64,000 bases of DNA, taken from NCBI GenBank assembly GCA_965285935.1, contig OZ260667.1, positions 71,486,001 through 71,550,000 on the forward strand. The letters run 5' to 3'. The number at the start of each line of letters is the position of its first letter. Position 1 is the first letter of the stretch. Under the pieces are notes generated by a model, which had not been told where the DNA came from, ran no database searches, and worked only from the letters and a program-made list of their open reading frames with translations. Shown piece by piece: positions 62,955-64,000 of the stretch. Both the position numbers and the translations under genes were made by a program. Origin of the DNA: Ophelia neglecta (Eukaryota).

Positions 62955-63480
62955 ACCGGTTCTAGGGCCCCCAAGTGCGACCAGGGTCTCTGGTGATAAA
63001 TCAAACCCATTTTTACCGGTCCTAAAGACCCCTAGCACGACCAGTATTTCTGGGGATTAATATAACCTATTCTATTCTGTTCCCGAGCGCGGCCAGTGTT
63101 TCTTGGGATTAATCTTAACCATTCTGTTTACGGGGGGAGTATCTAGAGCAAAATTCTTTCATGTCACACGAGGGCGACACAGGGTCACTTCGTATACATG
63201 TTTCGGGAAACAAGAGAACATGTCTGGGTTCAGTTTACTTGTTCTATGCAACAAGAGGGAGCCACTAGATGGTTCTGTTTACTTGTTCTTGCCCACCAGA
63301 GAGCGCCTGGTCTTAGCCATCAGAGGGCGCCTCTGAGTGGTTCTGCTTACCTGTTCTAGGTCAAAAGAGGTCACAAGAGGACGCAGCGGTTCAGTTTACA
63401 TGTTCTAGGTCACAAGAGGTCACAAGAGGTCACAAGAGGTCACAAGAGGTCACAGCGGTTCGGTTTACCTGATCTAGTGC
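62955..63480. repeat. Intronic composite minisatellite (~57-bp units, then donor-site-containing units and GTCACAAGAG 10-mers)
   Basis: About 3 copies of CCGGTTCT..CGACCAG..TCTGG.GAT.AAT..AACC (62955-63130). GGTTC.GTTTAC.TGTTCTAG variants at ~63227, 63271, 63339, 63388 and 63457. (GTCACAAGAG)x4 at 63409-63448. Confidence 0.85.
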
Positions 63481-63639
63481 CTGTTTTAACGACTCGTTCT
63501 CTTCTCGAAGCTCGTCTGCCTCCCGTTTGTCGTACTCCGTCAGAGCCGTGGACAGAATGGTTTTTTTGGTGGCTCCTTGTGAGTCGACCGTCTTGTTCCA
63601 CATAGTACCGGAATGTGGTTCCTTGTTTCTGTGAATTAT
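63469..63639 (-). CDS. Putative internal coding exon of the same gene (start of coiled coil)
   Basis: Acceptor TTTTGTTTTTAG| and donor CAG|GTAAAC. The 171-nt phase-0 frame is open: IIHRNKEPHSGTMWNKTVDSQGATKKTILSTALTEYDKREADELREENESLKQALDQ. Confidence 0.75.
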
Positions 63640-64000
63640 CTAAAAACAAAATATTAAATGATGAACAAAATATCTTTAAAATAACATTGCCTTCGTAGAA
63701 TTTTCTATACCTTCTTAAGGTTTGACACGGACCATTTTCTCATTTACTGACCGTTGACCCTAGATCACTCGTGCTGGGTTCTATTTCTAGACATTTAAAA
63801 AAATGGGTCATTTCTTTAATCTTTTTTGAGTGGCGTGGTGACCATTAGTCATTTATCATTGAGCAACCCAGTAAATTGGTGTTATAACCACATGCAAAAC
63901 CACATGGGAGAAGATATCCGACCGAAAAAGGTAAATCATCCCTCAAAGATAGTCCTTTAAATAATGAGGAATCAACAGCCGCAGGCCCACATACACCAAT

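Noticed and set aside
62573-63649. Track ORFs 62573-62785 and 63440-63649 as the gene product
   Set aside because: They overlap the predicted exons in the wrong frames. The splice-defined phase-0 frame gives the coherent coiled-coil peptide.

Overview
This is eukaryotic, AT-rich animal genomic DNA. The repeat content suggests a marine lophotrochozoan such as a mollusc (inference). It is mostly intergenic. (1) 1-~4495: right end of a young, hierarchical tandem array of 146-bp monomers in ordered variant classes, nested in higher-order units of 1445/715/2030 bp and capped by hairpins and (CTAGGAA)n. (2) 6619-6832: a Penelope-like insertion with a 13-bp TSD, inverted arms and a minimal hammerhead ribozyme carrying a G5A change; one arm starts exactly at the predicted cleavage site. 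(3) ~23475-27118: a 5'-truncated, decayed BEL/Pao LTR retrotransposon (RT-RNaseH-integrase, PPT, 3' LTR). (4) Many small TEs: a full-length tRNA-derived SINE with TSD, a 41-bp micro-insertion with the same tail, CWG-TSD Harbinger-like MITEs, TA-TSD Tc1/pogo-like MITEs, an 8-bp-TSD MITE, a Crypton-like element and several LINE 3' ends. (5) Several minisatellites. (6) The last two coding exons (63639-63469 and 62658-62473, minus strand) of a host gene ending in a coiled coil. The ORF track misses their frame, and the intron between them carries tandem copies of the 5' splice junction. Nearly all other ORFs in the track appear spurious. No rRNA, true tRNA or CRISPR is supported. All alignments were done by eye.
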